Both the position numbers and the translations under genes were made by a program. Positions 17,565 through 27,950 of a stretch of DNA of 64,000 bases are shown one piece after another (the stretch's first letter is position 1; every line of letters starts with the position of its first letter). The notes beneath the pieces were generated by a model. That model saw nothing but the letters and a program-made list of their open reading frames with translations, was not told the DNA's origin and did not search any database. The stretch covers positions 96,001-160,000 of IMG/VR virus record IMGVR_UViG_3300045988_142085; one strand, 5' to 3'. The stretch is from a virus.

Positions 17565-17855
17565 TTAGCGATAGATTGGTACTGCAACTCTATCGCCAGG
17601 TTTGATAGAACGAGATGTTGCACCTCCTTCCATCTTCTTGCTTTCAGCTACTGCTGTTGCTGTAGCTTCCCTGATGTCATAATTGACACTAGAGTTAGTA
17701 TTAGCATCATTGATGATGCTCTCAATGCTTTCACCATAAGAAACGGTATGAATCACATACCGCTCTGGTTGTGTTGGTGTTGCAACATAAACTGTTGCTC
17801 CACCTAATACTGCTGTTGCTAATAAAATTGTTGTGAATTGTTTTTTCATGCTCAT
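17565..17855 (-). CDS. secreted LysM-like protein (signal peptide MSMKKQFTTILLATAVLGGATVYVA; start moved to 17855)
   Basis: hydrophobic N-terminus; Y.V..V..GES...I and IKPGDRVAVP segments are LysM-like; AGGAGG at 17864-17869 fits the 17855 start, not the track start. Confidence 0.45.
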   Translation of the reverse strand: MSMKKQFTTILLATAVLGGATVYVATPTQPERYVIHTVSYGESIESIINDANTNSSVNYDIREATATAVAESKKMEGGATSRSIKPGDRVAVPIYR

Positions 17856-18221
17856 TGTCTTTTCCTCCTTGAACATAAAGAAAGCATCAACTCTTTTGTT
17901 GAAGCTATAAATTAAAAAGCAGACATCGTTATGTATGCCTGCACGGTCTCGAGGCCAAGCTCTCCCTCAAATAACACCCTGAATCAAAGCAGGGGGGGCG
18001 AACTTTAGCTCCGAGACCACTTATATATAAAACACTTACCCCTTCGATCCGAAACCAATTTTTAGCTCTATATAGGTCATTCTCAATTAGTAAAACAAAA
18101 ATGAGAAAAGAAATAAAAAACGTATCGTCACACAAACTCTTCAGTGCACAAAATTTAATCTTAAAAATATGCGCACAAAAAATTTCCCTTATATAGCGAA
18201 CATATGTACGCCAAAATAATA

Positions 18222-18264
18222 TAAAAAAATACCCGTGGCTCCTTAGAGTAAGGGTCGCCACGGG
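18222..18264 (-). terminator. intrinsic terminator (CCCGTGGC-loop-GCCACGGG plus U-run) ending the 5-paralog operon
   Basis: 8-bp GC stem directly after the stop of 18265..18609, followed on the minus strand by ATTTTTTTAT. Confidence 0.6.
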
Positions 18265-18609
18265 CTATTTAGAAAATAATATTTTGCTTCGTTTAGTAAT
18301 TGCATTAACAAGCGGGAACAAGAAACTATAATCTTTTTGATGATAGTAAAAAGAAATTAAATTAATAAGCATACGATACCTACGGGGCAAAACGTATTTT
18401 GTATTTTCTTGTAATAAAAGACTTACTTTGATATAACCAAGATTATTTAAAATATGATGGCCAGGCGATAATTTTTTTACGACATCTCTATATATAGAAT
18501 AAATAACAAGCATATTATTGTCGTAAGAACCAATCATATATTTAATTCTATTAGACTCTATAGAGTTTATATATTTAAGTATAGCTATCGTTCTCTTTTC
18601 AGGGCTCAT
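18265..18609 (-). CDS. small-paralog family member (114 aa)
   Basis: ORF track; shares the R(I/M)K(F/Y)..(V/I)(V/I)V.S..Y......L block with neighbours. Confidence 0.5.
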   Translation of the reverse strand: MSPEKRTIAILKYINSIESNRIKYMIGSYDNNMLVIYSIYRDVVKKLSPGHHILNNLGYIKVSLLLQENTKYVLPRRYRMLINLISFYYHQKDYSFLFPLVNAITKRSKILFSK

Positions 18610-18967
18610 ATTTACCTTCTCGTATTATACTACAAATCTTATCTGATAAGCGCCATAGTATTAAAGTATCTGATAATAACTGAGTATATAAAAAATATAC
18701 GATACAAATATAGCGAAGTGCTTCTTTATCGCAAAACAACGAAACATTTGTCTCGTCTAAAATATTAGATATATCTCGTATATTTATATCGAAAAGATTT
18801 GCATAGCGAGGATCAACGTGCTCAGATAATACGTCGAGAAGAATCTTATAAAGATCTGATACAACAACAATCGTTGTTGGTGCGTCGAATTTAATTCGCC
18901 AACGATCATGAGATATTAAATTATTTAAATAGTGTATTAAAGATCTCGTCGTTTCATAATAATCCAT
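18599..18967 (-). CDS. small-paralog family member (122 aa)
   Basis: ORF track; HDRWRIKFDAPTTIVVVSDLYKILL block. Confidence 0.5.
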   Translation of the reverse strand: MDYYETTRSLIHYLNNLISHDRWRIKFDAPTTIVVVSDLYKILLDVLSEHVDPRYANLFDINIRDISNILDETNVSLFCDKEALRYICIVYFLYTQLLSDTLILWRLSDKICSIIREGKYEP

Positions 18968-19329
18968 TATTTAACACTCCATACTTTTAACGCTTCTTTA
19001 AAGAATACTTTAGTTGCGCTACGTCTCATTATATCTTCCTTCTGGTTATATGCATAAAATGCTTGATGTATAATTCGTTTTTCCTCTTTTTTGATCGGGT
19101 ACGAATATTCACTTCGCTCATATTGTTCTAATTGAGTCGACGTAAGTTCGCTCATTTCGGTCTTAGGATGAACCGTTCTTAATAACTTTACATATAAGTT
19201 ATATGTCGCATATACAACGAAATTAGTATTCGTTAAATATTTTCGATATTTCAAATTATACAATACGATATCGCGAATATAATTAATCGTGGATAAAAAT
19301 CGTTTTCTATTCATAGAGCCTCTCCTCAT
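18967..19329 (-). CDS. small-paralog family member (120 aa)
   Basis: ORF track; NLKYRKYLTNTNFVVYATYNLYVKLL block. Confidence 0.5.
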   Translation of the reverse strand: MRRGSMNRKRFLSTINYIRDIVLYNLKYRKYLTNTNFVVYATYNLYVKLLRTVHPKTEMSELTSTQLEQYERSEYSYPIKKEEKRIIHQAFYAYNQKEDIMRRSATKVFFKEALKVWSVK

Positions 19330-19737
19330 TTATCTAAATTTTACCTCGTCGGCAAATTCGCACATCGCTTTAAATACGTTATCATATACTTCGAGAAAAT
19401 GAGTTCCCTCTCCGCATTTAAAATAATATAATATAACGATATTAATAAAAGTCTTGATATCGTTATCTAACGGTATTCTATATTTAAAAAATGTCGTATA
19501 TTCACTAACTTCGACAAAACTAGCATTGTCTAAATTAAAATACCAACCGTCTTTAAAATCGTATAGAAGACGGTGTGCTATATTATATACAACAGAAACT
19601 ATAACATAATGATCTTCAGAGTATTTCATTCTCCATGCATTGCGACGAAGAACACGATCGATATAAAGAATCATATCTTCTTTTAGCTTCGCGCATTGCA
19701 TATCATATTCTTCTTCATTCATACTTTTTTTTAACAT
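19330..19737 (-). CDS. small-paralog family member (135 aa)
   Basis: ORF track; NAWRMKYSEDHYVIVSVVYNIAHRLL block. Confidence 0.5.
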   Translation of the reverse strand: MLKKSMNEEEYDMQCAKLKEDMILYIDRVLRRNAWRMKYSEDHYVIVSVVYNIAHRLLYDFKDGWYFNLDNASFVEVSEYTTFFKYRIPLDNDIKTFINIVILYYFKCGEGTHFLEVYDNVFKAMCEFADEVKFR

Positions 19738-19739
19738 TG

Positions 19740-20183
19740 CTATACTATCCTCGTATTATTTAAAAATATATTCCTTCCCATAACGACACTATCGAAATAA
19801 CCGTTAACTTTATTAAAATTAATATTAAATACTTTCGACTTATAACGATCGAAAGAATTACTATCGCATAAATAACATCCATCCATAAAGAGAGAATGAA
19901 TAATCATAATTATAAAAGCTTTTTCTCGATTGTTTAAAGTAGTATAATCGGGTTCCCGTCCCTCGAACTCTTTTTGTAATCGCCAAGATTTCATATAAGT
20001 CTCTAATTCCATAAAATAATTACGATTATCTTTTTTAGCTTCGCTTACTAGAATATCGATGGCTATATAATTTAAAGTGCCGACGTCGACAGTGCCTCTA
20101 ACATAAGGCAGCATTAATGCTATATAATATCGTATAAATTTTAACGATGCATGTGCTTTCTCATACATAAAAATATCCTCCAT
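19740..20183 (-). CDS. small-paralog family member, divergent (147 aa)
   Basis: ORF track; first gene of the operon. Confidence 0.45.
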   Translation of the reverse strand: MEDIFMYEKAHASLKFIRYYIALMLPYVRGTVDVGTLNYIAIDILVSEAKKDNRNYFMELETYMKSWRLQKEFEGREPDYTTLNNREKAFIIMIIHSLFMDGCYLCDSNSFDRYKSKVFNINFNKVNGYFDSVVMGRNIFLNNTRIV

Positions 20184-20231
20184 ATAATATAATAATTTAT
20201 ATAATATATTATATCATATGGAGGATTAAAA

Positions 20232-21410
20232 TTAAAGTTTATAAACCGAAACATCGTCGCCATTGTGAGCGATGCCACGTAGATACAAAGTATTGTCTTC
20301 GGCTACAAAAATTTTCGGAATATTAGCTCCATCTTTTGCCGCAACAACATCTGTTTTTTGTCCTTTAACCAGGATAGCAAAGCAGTTCGTATTTACAATT
20401 CCGACCAAAGTATCTTGTTCGATCGTAGAATAAACAATAATCTGTTCCCAGTCGCTAGGTAAATCACATATTTTAATTTTGCCATAATTACGACCAGCAG
20501 GTCCTCGGTTATAAACGTGACCACTCCAAATTTTATTAGCCGAGATCTTAGCAAATGTAGTACTACCGCCGCCACCTTTAGGAAGATTGTTTACTTTGTT
20601 ATTCAAAGATTCTATTTCTTCCCGAAGTGCAAACTGTTTAACTTCTTTTGTCGTAGCATTAAACCAGCCTGGACGACTTACACAACATAAATTAGTTTCG
20701 TAAGTATTGCCGTCGTAATCACCTAAATCGAGATGGGCATTACCTGCCGCAATTTCCTCTAAAGTAGAACCGGCGCCAATGCGATGATATTTGCCGGTAC
20801 CTGGGCCTGTTTCCATAAGAATCGGATTGCTATAAGCAAATTTAAGAGGGCCAGCAATAGTATCACCATTTTTATTTAACTTATTATTTAACTCCTGAGA
20901 TAAACTGTCGGCGAGTTTTTCTTTTGTCACAGAACGATCGCGTAGTTTTCGAGTCGTAACACTAGCATCAGGATGATCGATTTCATCTAAAGTGCGATGT
21001 TTAGATAGCTCACTCTTTAAATCGTTTAGTTTTTTAAGTGCTCCACTTCCGGCATCGTCTAAAGAAGATTTCAATTCATTCTTCAAATTATTTAACATCG
21101 CATCAATCTGATCTTTTAAATAATATTTAGCGATAAGATCGCCTAATAAGCCATCAATTTGTTCTTTCGTATAATGGTCTTTTAATAGCCCAGCCTTAGA
21201 CGGGAATAATTTATTTAACAGAAAAGCACTTAATGCTTTATCCTCGCTAAATCCGGATTCGCCTTCGACATATTCATCGGAAGAAATTACTTCTTTTTTA
21301 TCGACATGCTGTACTCGATCTTTCAATCGATTAAGCATCTCAGCTCGTTTAGGTTCGCTTTCTCGAACACTAAATTCGTAATTGTATATCGTATTATTTT
21401 CTTGTGTCAT
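20232..21410 (-). CDS. tail fibre-like protein with N-terminal coiled coil (392 aa)
   Basis: heptad-rich N-terminal half, Gly-rich linker, beta-rich C-terminus; sits in the tail-fibre neighbourhood. Confidence 0.4.
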   Translation of the reverse strand: MTQENNTIYNYEFSVRESEPKRAEMLNRLKDRVQHVDKKEVISSDEYVEGESGFSEDKALSAFLLNKLFPSKAGLLKDHYTKEQIDGLLGDLIAKYYLKDQIDAMLNNLKNELKSSLDDAGSGALKKLNDLKSELSKHRTLDEIDHPDASVTTRKLRDRSVTKEKLADSLSQELNNKLNKNGDTIAGPLKFAYSNPILMETGPGTGKYHRIGAGSTLEEIAAGNAHLDLGDYDGNTYETNLCCVSRPGWFNATTKEVKQFALREEIESLNNKVNNLPKGGGGSTTFAKISANKIWSGHVYNRGPAGRNYGKIKICDLPSDWEQIIVYSTIEQDTLVGIVNTNCFAILVKGQKTDVVAAKDGANIPKIFVAEDNTLYLRGIAHNGDDVSVYKL

Positions 21411-21454
21411 AAGAATATCCTTTATTAATTATTATTAGTATAAGATACTGTTAT

Positions 21455-21489
21455 ATTACAGAAAAAATCCCCGCACATAGTACGGGGAT
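21455..21489 (-). terminator. intrinsic terminator (ATCCCCG-loop-CGGGGAT plus U6)
   Basis: 7-bp stem just after the stop of 21499..24603, followed by an A-run on the plus strand (U-run on minus). Confidence 0.6.
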
Positions 21490-21498
21490 ATATATTTA

Positions 21499-24400
21499 TT
21501 ATAAATGATCGTTAGGTTGTAACGTTACCATTCGCCAAGAGCCAAGGTCGGTGGATTCTGCAATATATAGTGTATTGTTAAGAATAGCCATTTGACCTGC
21601 GAAAGCGGGAGGTTGAGTTACGTCGGTCGTAAAGATTTTATCGATACGAACATATTCTTTTAACTTTTCACCGACATCACTAGCGCTAACAACCCATTTA
21701 GTACCGTTCCAGAATACCGGCATTTCGAGTGTCGTATCGAAATACTGTTGACCGACAACTAAATGTTCAGTCGGACGATTTTCTGTCGGGCCAGAATGAA
21801 TAACCGGAATTGTTTCGTATGTCATATTAGACATAATATTAAGACCGGATTCAGGTTTAAAGTAGATTTCCATATTGAAATCTTCTGGCGCCTTAACGAC
21901 GTCGGCTTTATAAACTTCAGGGATACTAAGCTTCATTGTCTTAGCAGTAGGATCGGCTTCCACGATGGGAAAATTACCTTTACCTAACGCTTCCATAGAC
22001 GCACCGGCTTCGACTGGTTTACCGGCATGAGAACCGTTTTGCCATACTGGATATACGTCGAATCCGACTGTCATAGTTCTGTCGCCATGATTCACGACGG
22101 AAGTCGGTTTATCGTGAACGTACTCTGTTTCAGTCGTATATTTATATGTCGATACATAACCTAAATGACCGGTTGCCTTCGGATCTGATTCGATATATAA
22201 ATCGCCGGAAACACCAGCTGCATAACGGCTATAATCATTATCTTTAACGTCGGTCACTGGCGTTCCCTTAGCGTTAAAGTAGATAGCCGAACCTTCCTCT
22301 TGGAAAAGTTGATTTTTTCTATTATGGCCATCATCGGCATTACGGATAGTACGATCTCGACCGACGAAAACTCTTGTCTTGGCATCTTCTTCGGCACGAA
22401 CTTCGAACCTACGATTTAGATAACCTTTAGCTCCGTATTCATCGGTAGAACCTAAGTTAGTAAATAATTTTAATTTATCGTATTCTTCGACGTTGTTAGG
22501 AGCAATCGAAAATTCAGGAGAGTCGATCCAAGAGAATAAGTATCGATCAGTAAGAGCTGCAAAGTTCTGGGCGAAGTTCGGGAACTTCAATCCATTAATC
22601 TTAATCTCAGCTTTATCGTCGTTAGGAGAATCAAGTTTAATAAATGGAGTCGGATATTCTTCGGCTGGTAAATATTCTTTTTCGCCAGAATGAGTAACAT
22701 CCAAGTGAATATTATTTAACTCGGTCGAAGCGATTGCATTTACATTAAGAAGATTAGTCGCTAAATTCCAACGACCTGTTAATTTAAGATTATTTATTTT
22801 ATTAGCGTAGAAAGTAACGCCCGATAGATTAACTAGATCGATATTATCATCATAGTGAATTAATACGTTATTAATATCGACATAAGAATAAGAACAAATA
22901 CCAAAAGTACAGTTATTAGAAATAACGTTACTGATCTTAGTATTTGATCCTTCTACTTCGATGTATATAGCATATTGACCATAATTAGCTTCGATATTGT
23001 CGATTACGGAGTTATTTAACGGTTTGTCAAAATCGATAATTTGGCCTTGAGCATCTTTTGTGTTAGTCGCTTTAATATTTCTAACGATAAAGTTATAGTA
23101 GTTAGCATTAAGGTCGCCATCATTGCCAATAAATTTAATATAACTACCGTTCATATCTTCTCGTGCTACTTTAAAAGAGAACCCTTCAATAGTCGTATTG
23201 TAAATATCATGATAGTCACTATTGCCATCATCAACACAGCTAAGAATAAAACCGATCGTGCTAACACTAGAATCAGATTCATCGTGGTCACAATTGATTA
23301 CGGCACCATATAATGTTTCAGATTTAACAGTTAAATAACGATTACGATCTAATGGACACAAGATTTTAACTTTGTTGCTAATCTTATAAATACCGTCCGG
23401 GAAGATAACTTCATCATATTTTTCGGCGTTGGCCTTAACGAAAATTTCGTTTAACTTAGCTGTTACGTCGGTAGCACCTGTATTGTCGACACCTTCTGTG
23501 ACTACGTTAAGAGATTTTTTACCACCGGCTAAGGCCGAGATTTCGGCTTTCTTAACAAAGAGTTCATCGGTCTTAGTTTTATTATAAATCGCTTTATCGT
23601 AGTGATAAGTCGTAAGTACCGTATAAGAATTAGTACCATTATAGTGTTTAAATTCTTTGCCCAAGATGGTCGTTAAATTACGTTTGTCGCCGACTTCTAA
23701 ATTGTTATTAGCATTAATTTTAGCCATAACATAGTTAGTAGCTTTATCGACAGATTGACCATGATAACCGACTTGATTGCCGACTACGATACCGTTATTT
23801 AAAAAGTCGTTATTAATATTATTATAATAGCTTCTAGCAAAATCATATTTATAGATACGAATATAATCGTGGCTATTAGCCGCCATATAGATAGCACCGT
23901 CGACTAAAGCAAAGTCTTCGATTTCGGCCTTCGGTTCGAATTCGAGCTCTCTAACAATAGTGGCCGTATTATCGCCAATTTCGACTTCGACGATGCGTCT
24001 CATTAGACTGAATATAACTTTATTACCGACGAACAAAGCACCGTTAGAATCGTTATTTTTCTCATTCACGGTAATGATATATTCTTTACCGTCGGTTAAA
24101 TCGCTGTTAGCGTAGATTTTAATTTTACGAGTGCTATTATCTTCGCCCGGTAAAATACTAACATATTGACCGGTAACATTATTATAACCTACATTATAGA
24201 AACGATCGGTATAATTTTTATATTCACCTGCATTTAAATTATCATCGATCGCGTAAATACGATTACCGTTAGCTGCACCATTAGTAGCTCGTAGTTTGCC
24301 GTCGAAGAATAAAGTATTACAGTGGCCAAGTTTGTCGGCACCTGTGTTTTCTACACTTCGCGCGACAGTAAAATCTTTATTTAACTCATAAAGAATTTGT

Positions 24401-24603
24401 ATCGTGCTATCGGCATTAATACAAGCTACGATAAATTTTTCTGTCTGAGGGTTATATGTAAACCCCTGACACTGATTTACCTTTTCTTTATCGAAAGGGA
24501 CTTCGGCAACGAGAGCGATATTTTCAGCATATTGCATAACAGGCTTTTGGTTTTTCTTGAGGATAGAACTAAGACCTTGAGCAATTTCAGAAATAATAGA
24601 CAT
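21499..24603 (-). CDS. large tail fibre / tailspike-like structural protein (1034 aa)
   Basis: ORF track; Asn/Gly/Thr-rich, beta-rich composition typical of phage fibre or spike proteins; adjacent to the amidase. Confidence 0.45.
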   Translation of the reverse strand: MSIISEIAQGLSSILKKNQKPVMQYAENIALVAEVPFDKEKVNQCQGFTYNPQTEKFIVACINADSTIQILYELNKDFTVARSVENTGADKLGHCNTLFFDGKLRATNGAANGNRIYAIDDNLNAGEYKNYTDRFYNVGYNNVTGQYVSILPGEDNSTRKIKIYANSDLTDGKEYIITVNEKNNDSNGALFVGNKVIFSLMRRIVEVEIGDNTATIVRELEFEPKAEIEDFALVDGAIYMAANSHDYIRIYKYDFARSYYNNINNDFLNNGIVVGNQVGYHGQSVDKATNYVMAKINANNNLEVGDKRNLTTILGKEFKHYNGTNSYTVLTTYHYDKAIYNKTKTDELFVKKAEISALAGGKKSLNVVTEGVDNTGATDVTAKLNEIFVKANAEKYDEVIFPDGIYKISNKVKILCPLDRNRYLTVKSETLYGAVINCDHDESDSSVSTIGFILSCVDDGNSDYHDIYNTTIEGFSFKVAREDMNGSYIKFIGNDGDLNANYYNFIVRNIKATNTKDAQGQIIDFDKPLNNSVIDNIEANYGQYAIYIEVEGSNTKISNVISNNCTFGICSYSYVDINNVLIHYDDNIDLVNLSGVTFYANKINNLKLTGRWNLATNLLNVNAIASTELNNIHLDVTHSGEKEYLPAEEYPTPFIKLDSPNDDKAEIKINGLKFPNFAQNFAALTDRYLFSWIDSPEFSIAPNNVEEYDKLKLFTNLGSTDEYGAKGYLNRRFEVRAEEDAKTRVFVGRDRTIRNADDGHNRKNQLFQEEGSAIYFNAKGTPVTDVKDNDYSRYAAGVSGDLYIESDPKATGHLGYVSTYKYTTETEYVHDKPTSVVNHGDRTMTVGFDVYPVWQNGSHAGKPVEAGASMEALGKGNFPIVEADPTAKTMKLSIPEVYKADVVKAPEDFNMEIYFKPESGLNIMSNMTYETIPVIHSGPTENRPTEHLVVGQQYFDTTLEMPVFWNGTKWVVSASDVGEKLKEYVRIDKIFTTDVTQPPAFAGQMAILNNTLYIAESTDLGSWRMVTLQPNDHL

Positions 24604-24615
24604 AGTGTCTCCTTA

Positions 24616-25209
24616 TTACAAATAATTAATTCCGTTCATTTTAGCAATTTCTCGAGCACGATTACGAATCCAGTTACCACCTGCAGTATGTAAACCGTCT
24701 TCGGTGCGAGTATGACATTCAGGTACAAGAATATCGAGATCCCAACGTTCTGCCGGGTAATCGTATAAGTCTTGACGTGCTAAGCAACGTTCGCCATGAG
24801 TAAATACTTTGCTTAATGGTAAGCCCCAAGATACACAGCATAAATAAATGACAGTCGCCATAGCTTCAAGTTGTAAAGCATTAACGGGCTCCGGCCCCGG
24901 AGCGTAAGTCGAATATCCAGTGAATCCATCACCGTTTAATTCGGAGCTATAATTAGAACATGCCGAGATACCGAAATTGTTTGTATTTTCTCGGTAGCAA
25001 TGGCTCGCTCTATTATCTAAATCTTGCATTACATGCACGTTACCAGATCCATCGATACACATATGATAGTCATCGAACAACTGGTCATAATGACCAGCTG
25101 TCCAATGTAAAGTAATCATGGTGTTCGAAGAACCTTGTTGTTGAATAGTCGGATAAATATTTTTAATTACATTATCACGAACTTGTTTTAACTGTTCTTC
25201 GTATGTCAC
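24616..25209 (-). CDS. N-acetylmuramoyl-L-alanine amidase (amidase_2 / T7-lysozyme-PGRP type) endolysin, no cell-wall-binding domain
   Basis: ITLHWTAG ... YHMCIDGSGNV ... NRASHCYRENTNNFGIS ... THGERC aligns with the T7 lysozyme zinc-amidase motifs. Confidence 0.75.
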   Translation of the reverse strand: MTYEEQLKQVRDNVIKNIYPTIQQQGSSNTMITLHWTAGHYDQLFDDYHMCIDGSGNVHVMQDLDNRASHCYRENTNNFGISACSNYSSELNGDGFTGYSTYAPGPEPVNALQLEAMATVIYLCCVSWGLPLSKVFTHGERCLARQDLYDYPAERWDLDILVPECHTRTEDGLHTAGGNWIRNRAREIAKMNGINYL

Positions 25210-25211
25210 TA

Positions 25212-26303
25212 TTATTCTCCTAAATCAAAAATCATAAAACCATTATCCATGCCACTGTTTTCAATATATTTCTTTTTACCTGTAGAGTCATACAAATATG
25301 TCTCTAACCTGGACGGACATTGATAAGCAGTAATATCTTTAAGATCTTCTGTGGTCACTTGACCACTTGTTATGTAATGTCTATCGGTGTCGACTTTATA
25401 ATATTTAATAGGATTATTGTTTTTAAATTCAATGGGCTTTTTAAAATTAATTTTAGAACTATTATCATTTTTAAGAACAGAATCTTTATCAAAATATAAT
25501 CCATCTTGATTATAATCTTTTGTTTGATTAAATAATTCAATAAATTTTTGACTTATAGAAGAAACAAAATCAGATGGAAAAATATATGAATTGTTAGCTA
25601 ATGTTTTATTGCTCCAATCGCGAATATATCCAAAATAAGTATCACTACTAGTTAATAAATTTTTAACAGTAAGAGGCACTTTTATCGTGGATTTTTTTTC
25701 GATCTTATGACCGTTAACATAAATATCGAATGGCGCCGTATTCTTAATAATAATTTTATTATTTAAAAATTCTGCTTTAAGAATATTTGACAAGTCATCA
25801 TTATATATTTTTTTAGAAATTAAAAATTTGTACAATCTATCTTCTTGTTCATAAGAAAGATCAAATGTTTTATTTTCAATATTTTTTTCTTCAGAAAAAG
25901 TATCGAAAGCTAAAGATGTATCTTTTTCTGCTTTAAATGGCGTAGATTGAATTAATAAATTTAAGAAAACTCCACCTTGAGGAGTTACTTTAGCATTTTT
26001 TAACGTAACGGTAGCTATACCATTATTATCAAAATTAGCATCTTTACCATTAATATTTGCATATGATTTAAATGGGCCAGATAATTTAACTATAATATCA
26101 GGACCATTAAAATCATAAGAAATAACTTCGATATTAGGGATACTTAAAACGCTATTAAATAGTCGTTGTACGTATAAATCTGTTTGGTTCGCAAACGGAA
26201 TATTTTTATCGGCTAAAAATTTCTCGAACTCAGGCTTAAAGCTTTTAGAGAATAAGCTAGCGATTAATTCAGAAATTTCTTGAATTTGATTGTTTTCAGG
26301 CAT
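25212..26303 (-). CDS. receptor-binding / tail fibre-like paralog 1 (363 aa)
   Basis: N-terminus (NNQIQEISELI..KNIPF..LSGPFKSYANINGK) is paralogous to 26321.. and 27951..; C-termini diverge. Confidence 0.45.
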   Translation of the reverse strand: MPENNQIQEISELIASLFSKSFKPEFEKFLADKNIPFANQTDLYVQRLFNSVLSIPNIEVISYDFNGPDIIVKLSGPFKSYANINGKDANFDNNGIATVTLKNAKVTPQGGVFLNLLIQSTPFKAEKDTSLAFDTFSEEKNIENKTFDLSYEQEDRLYKFLISKKIYNDDLSNILKAEFLNNKIIIKNTAPFDIYVNGHKIEKKSTIKVPLTVKNLLTSSDTYFGYIRDWSNKTLANNSYIFPSDFVSSISQKFIELFNQTKDYNQDGLYFDKDSVLKNDNSSKINFKKPIEFKNNNPIKYYKVDTDRHYITSGQVTTEDLKDITAYQCPSRLETYLYDSTGKKKYIENSGMDNGFMIFDLGE

Positions 26304-26320
26304 ATTAAATTATCCTTATA

Positions 26321-27937
26321 TTATAATGAATCAAAATTTGTATCTGTTATAACGAAACCAGCGGCAGCTTCAAGCGTAAAATCATCAATAAAATCACTAT
26401 GCTCGCCAATTTTAAATATCAAATTATCTTGCGTTTCAGTATTATAGTTTATAATAAGATGATATGATCCATTCTTTTTATATACTTTAATAGAATTTGT
26501 CGATTTAATTTTATCGGAACCATTAATAATATTATAGTTATAAGCCGTTGTATATTGTTTATTTTGAGCGAATGGTACAATTCGTAATCCATTAGTATTT
26601 TTTGGTAAGTTTTGAGAACTTATTAAGTCGACAGCGCCAGACTCATCAGTTTCTTCTAATGTCTTAAAAACATTATCGATAACATATACATATTTACTTA
26701 TTTCAGTATTGTATCCATAGTCATTTTTTTGAAGGTTTACTTTGTTGCCATCAAAACCGAATTCTTTTAATTCGTCAAATGTATACCATTGATAAAAAAT
26801 ATCGTCGTTGTTAAATAATTGTTGAATACAATCTTTACTAAGTATTGTATTACTCCGATCATGTCGTTGTTCTTTCATCCAAGGATATTTGAAGTTATTT
26901 TTAATTTTTACTTTTACTTCTGTAGTCCCAGGCTTAATTTTAGACAACATACTTCCACGAATTTTATCGTCAAATTCCATTGATTTTTGCCCGACAGGAA
27001 TCGTAAAAGTTTCACCTAAATATTCTATTTCTAATGGTTCATAATATCGATTAACAATATGATGTGAATAACTAGGATTAGAACTAGAAAACAGTGATTG
27101 ATTTATAAAGAAATATCGCCCAAAAACACTCGGCACAGTATATATTGTTGAACCATCATTAGGAACTGGAATATTCTTTGTAGAATGAAGAGCGTCTTTA
27201 AATTTACCTTTATAGTCGGATACGACATCAATAGTTTCTTTTAATTCATCAAATGTTTCTGCTAATCGAACACCGTCTTCGATCGTTGCAATACCGCCGC
27301 TATCAGCAGTAAATTTTACGCCGTTAATTTCATATTTTTTATTCGGAAGCAATCCACTAACTTTAAGAATTTTAGGATCATCTTGATCAGGATATATAGA
27401 AACATTGTCAGAGAATAAAAGTCCTGATGGCTCTTCATAAAAAATATATCCAAATTTGACATAGTTTTTATTTCTATGTTCACTATCATCTGCTAAAGGA
27501 TAAGTAAAATTTTTAGAACAATTTTCTAGATATTTACTTTCTTCAGGTTTTTCATAGCCTTCAGGAAGATTTTTGTTCATAGGAACCCATAAAATTTTAG
27601 CATACGGGAAAGGATTTTCTGCATCTTGTCTTACTGTAATAGTTAAAGTACCAGATTCAGGAAATCTATACACAGTATCGTTGATTTCGATATAGCTAAA
27701 TGGTTGGCCACTGAACGTTAGAATATAATTATCATCTTGTTCAGTTACAATACCAATATTTACACCAATACCATAAGCGACACCAGCATTATTAAATATT
27801 CTTTTTAAATAATATTTTGTTTCTTCTGGGAATGGAGCATTAATATCTTCTAAAGCAGCTTTAACTAAAGAAAGAGTTGTATATGGTTTATAAGCCGTAA
27901 TTTCGTCAGCTATATTTTGTATTTTATTATCAGACAT
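26321..27937 (-). CDS. receptor-binding / tail fibre-like paralog 2 (538 aa)
   Basis: shared N-terminal module DNKIQNIADEI..APFPEE..FSGQPFSYIEIND. Confidence 0.45.
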   Translation of the reverse strand: MSDNKIQNIADEITAYKPYTTLSLVKAALEDINAPFPEETKYYLKRIFNNAGVAYGIGVNIGIVTEQDDNYILTFSGQPFSYIEINDTVYRFPESGTLTITVRQDAENPFPYAKILWVPMNKNLPEGYEKPEESKYLENCSKNFTYPLADDSEHRNKNYVKFGYIFYEEPSGLLFSDNVSIYPDQDDPKILKVSGLLPNKKYEINGVKFTADSGGIATIEDGVRLAETFDELKETIDVVSDYKGKFKDALHSTKNIPVPNDGSTIYTVPSVFGRYFFINQSLFSSSNPSYSHHIVNRYYEPLEIEYLGETFTIPVGQKSMEFDDKIRGSMLSKIKPGTTEVKVKIKNNFKYPWMKEQRHDRSNTILSKDCIQQLFNNDDIFYQWYTFDELKEFGFDGNKVNLQKNDYGYNTEISKYVYVIDNVFKTLEETDESGAVDLISSQNLPKNTNGLRIVPFAQNKQYTTAYNYNIINGSDKIKSTNSIKVYKKNGSYHLIINYNTETQDNLIFKIGEHSDFIDDFTLEAAAGFVITDTNFDSL

Positions 27938-27950
27938 GTATACTCCTTAT

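Noticed and set aside
17445-17807. Plus-strand Cys-rich 120-aa ORF overlapping the LysM gene
   Set aside because: It has nonsense-like composition and no ribosome-binding site. The minus-strand ORF has a signal peptide, a LysM-like domain and a ribosome-binding site.
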